Origin: Pyrodictiaceae archaeon
Lineage (GTDB): Archaea > Thermoproteota > Thermoprotei_A > Sulfolobales > Pyrodictiaceae
Assembly (NCBI GenBank): GCA_027036135.1
Contig: JALVSY010000016.1
Span: 224,001 to 288,000, forward strand
DNA length: 64,000 bases
Direction of reading: 5' to 3'
A model generated the notes under the pieces. The model made no database searches. It saw nothing but the letters and a program-made list of their open reading frames with translations, and had not been told where the DNA came from. Below, piece after piece: positions 62,302-64,000 of this stretch. The first letter of the stretch is position 1. The number at the start of each line of letters is the position of its first letter. The position numbers and the translations under genes were made by a program.

Positions 62302-64000
62302 ATGTCTGCGCCTGCGCGTATTGCTACTGTAGAGCCAACTGGCGTACCAGTGCTCATACTCAAGGAGGGCACTCAACGAACTTATGGTAGGGAGGCCCTC
62401 AGGGCAAATATAATGATTGTGAGAGCAATAGCTGAGACCCTAAGGACAACCTATGGTCCCAAGGGCATGGATAAGATGCTCGTGGATAGCCTCGGTGACA
62501 TCACTATAACTAATGATGGAGCAACAATACTTGACAAAATGGATGTACAGCACCCAACAGCTAAGCTAGTAGTACAAGTAGCAAAGGGCCAGGACGAGGA
62601 GGTAGGCGATGGCACCAAGACAGCAGTGATATTCTCCGGTGAACTACTCCGGGTCGCTGAGGAGCTACTAGACAAGAATGTACACCCAACAGTGATAGTG
62701 AGTGGCTTCAAGAAGGCCTCCGAGGAGGCAATAAAGAGACTATATGAGATAGCGGAGCCAATAGACATAAACAACGATGAGGAGCTAAAGAAGATAGCAA
62801 TGACAAGCCTAACAAGCAAAGCCGTACATGGTGCACGCGAGTACCTAGCAGAAATAGCTGTTAAGGCCGTAAGACAGGTAACCGAGAAGCGTGGAGACAA
62901 GTGGTACATAGACCTAGACAGTATACAAATAATAAAGAAGCATGGCGGCAGCCTAAGAGACACACAGCTAATCTATGGCATTGTTCTTGATAAGGAGGTT
63001 GTTCACCCTGGTATGCCTAAGAGGGTTGAGAACGCCTACATAGTACTACTAGACGCACCACTAGAAGTAGAAAAACCAGAAATCGATGCAGAGATAAGGA
63101 TCAGTGACCCAACCTATCTCAAGAAGTTCCTCGAGGAGGAAGAGAAGATACTAAGCAGCTACGTGGAGAAGATCTACGAGGTTGCTGTTGAGCGTATGAA
63201 GAGGGATGGCTTGGAGCCTGGTAAGGCTGGTATAGTGGTTATTACTCAGAAGGGTATTGACGAGGTAGCACAACACTTCCTAGCAAAGAAAGGAATAATG
63301 GCAGTAAGAAGAGTAAAAAGAAGCGATATTGAGAAGATATCCAAGGCTACTGGAGCAAAGATAGTGAGCAACATAGAGGACCTATCACCGGACGACCTAG
63401 GCTTTGCCAAACTAGTAGAGGAGAGAAAGGTCGGAGAGGACAAGATGGTGTTCATTGAGGGCTGCCCCAACCCCAAGGCAGTAACAATACTCATACGTGG
63501 CGGTCTTGAGAGGCTCGTAGACGAGGCCGAGAGAAGCCTCAACGATGCGCTACACGCGGTAGCCGATGCCATAAGGGACGGAAAGATAGTTGCTGGTGGT
63601 GGCGCAGTAGAGGTTGAGCTAGCTAAGTACCTAAGAGAGATAGCACCAAAGATTGGCGGCAAGGAGCAGCTAGCAGTAGAGGCCTTCGCAAAGGCGCTCG
63701 AGGGCCTACCAATGGCACTAGCCGAGAATGCCGGCCTAGACCCAGTGGAGATAATAATGAAGCTGAGAGCCGCCCACGCCAAGCCTGAGGGTAAGTGGCA
63801 CGGCATTAACGTGTTCAAGGGCGAAGTAGAGGACCTAATGAAGCTAGGCGTAATCGAGCCAGTTAGTGTGAAGGCAAACGCCATAAAGGCTGGTACAGAG
63901 GCAGCAATAATGGTGCTAAGGATTGACGACATCATAGCAGCTGCGAGGCGCAAGGAGGAGGAAGAGAAGGAGAAGAAGGGCGGCGAAGAAGAAGAGAAGG
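62302..64000 (+). CDS. Thermosome subunit (group II chaperonin); 3' end beyond the window
   Basis: [42 protein letters not shown]. Confidence 0.97.
   Translation, partial: MSAPARIATVEPTGVPVLILKEGTQRTYGREALRANIMIVRAIAETLRTTYGPKGMDKMLVDSLGDITITNDGATILDKMDVQHPTAKLVVQVAKGQDEEVGDGTKTAVIFSGELLRVAEELLDKNVHPTVIVSGFKKASEEAIKRLYEIAEPIDINNDEELKKIAMTSLTSKAVHGAREYLAEIAVKAVRQVTEKRGDKWYIDLDSIQIIKKHGGSLRDTQLIYGIVLDKEVVHPGMPKRVENAYIVLLDAPLEVEKPEIDAEIRISDPTYLKKFLEEEEKILSSYVEKIYEVAVERMKRDGLEPGKAGIVVITQKGIDEVAQHFLAKKGIMAVRRVKRSDIEKISKATGAKIVSNIEDLSPDDLGFAKLVEERKVGEDKMVFIEGCPNPKAVTILIRGGLERLVDEAERSLNDALHAVADAIRDGKIVAGGGAVEVELAKYLREIAPKIGGKEQLAVEAFAKALEGLPMALAENAGLDPVEIIMKLRAAHAKPEGKWHGINVFKGEVEDLMKLGVIEPVSVKANAIKAGTEAAIMVLRIDDIIAAARRKEEEEKEKKGGEEEEK

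Noticed and set aside
62451-63953. Minus-strand ORFs of 170 and 235 aa
   Set aside because: They are shadows of the thermosome gene, which the ORF track omits because its stop lies outside the window

Overview
Chromosomal window of a hyperthermophilic crenarchaeon. The gene content and protein style fit Desulfurococcales, probably Pyrodictiaceae (inference). Most of it is housekeeping and metabolism: a Zn/Mn ABC transporter with an RHH regulator, pyk, kptA, hemB, TldD/PmbA, a glycerolipid-scavenging cluster with glpK, SufCB, PfkB kinase plus class I aldolase, 2-oxoacid:ferredoxin oxidoreductase, an AT-rich cydAA'-type bd oxidase, tpiA, fbp, rli, cgi121, rps17e and a partial thermosome. Non-coding features are tRNA-Arg(CCG), the SRP RNA, four C/D box sRNA candidates and one pseudouridylation-guide candidate. 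A decayed toxin-antitoxin islet lies between tRNA-Arg and a degenerate copy of its 3' half. The main leads are: (1) SRP RNA enclosed in a canonical bulge-helix-bulge, followed by a guide RNA matching the 16S 790 loop; (2) a shared AAC-N4-GTT palindrome upstream of redox genes; (3) an APC permease-nucleotidyltransferase fusion; (4) a 36-aa Glu/Trp peptide gene; (5) an orphan basic protein flanked by CCTGWCAGG palindromes beside a long AT-rich gap. No CRISPR array, integrase or intact transposase was seen. All product calls are by motif recognition only, and rRNA/tRNA targets rely on recalled consensus sequences.
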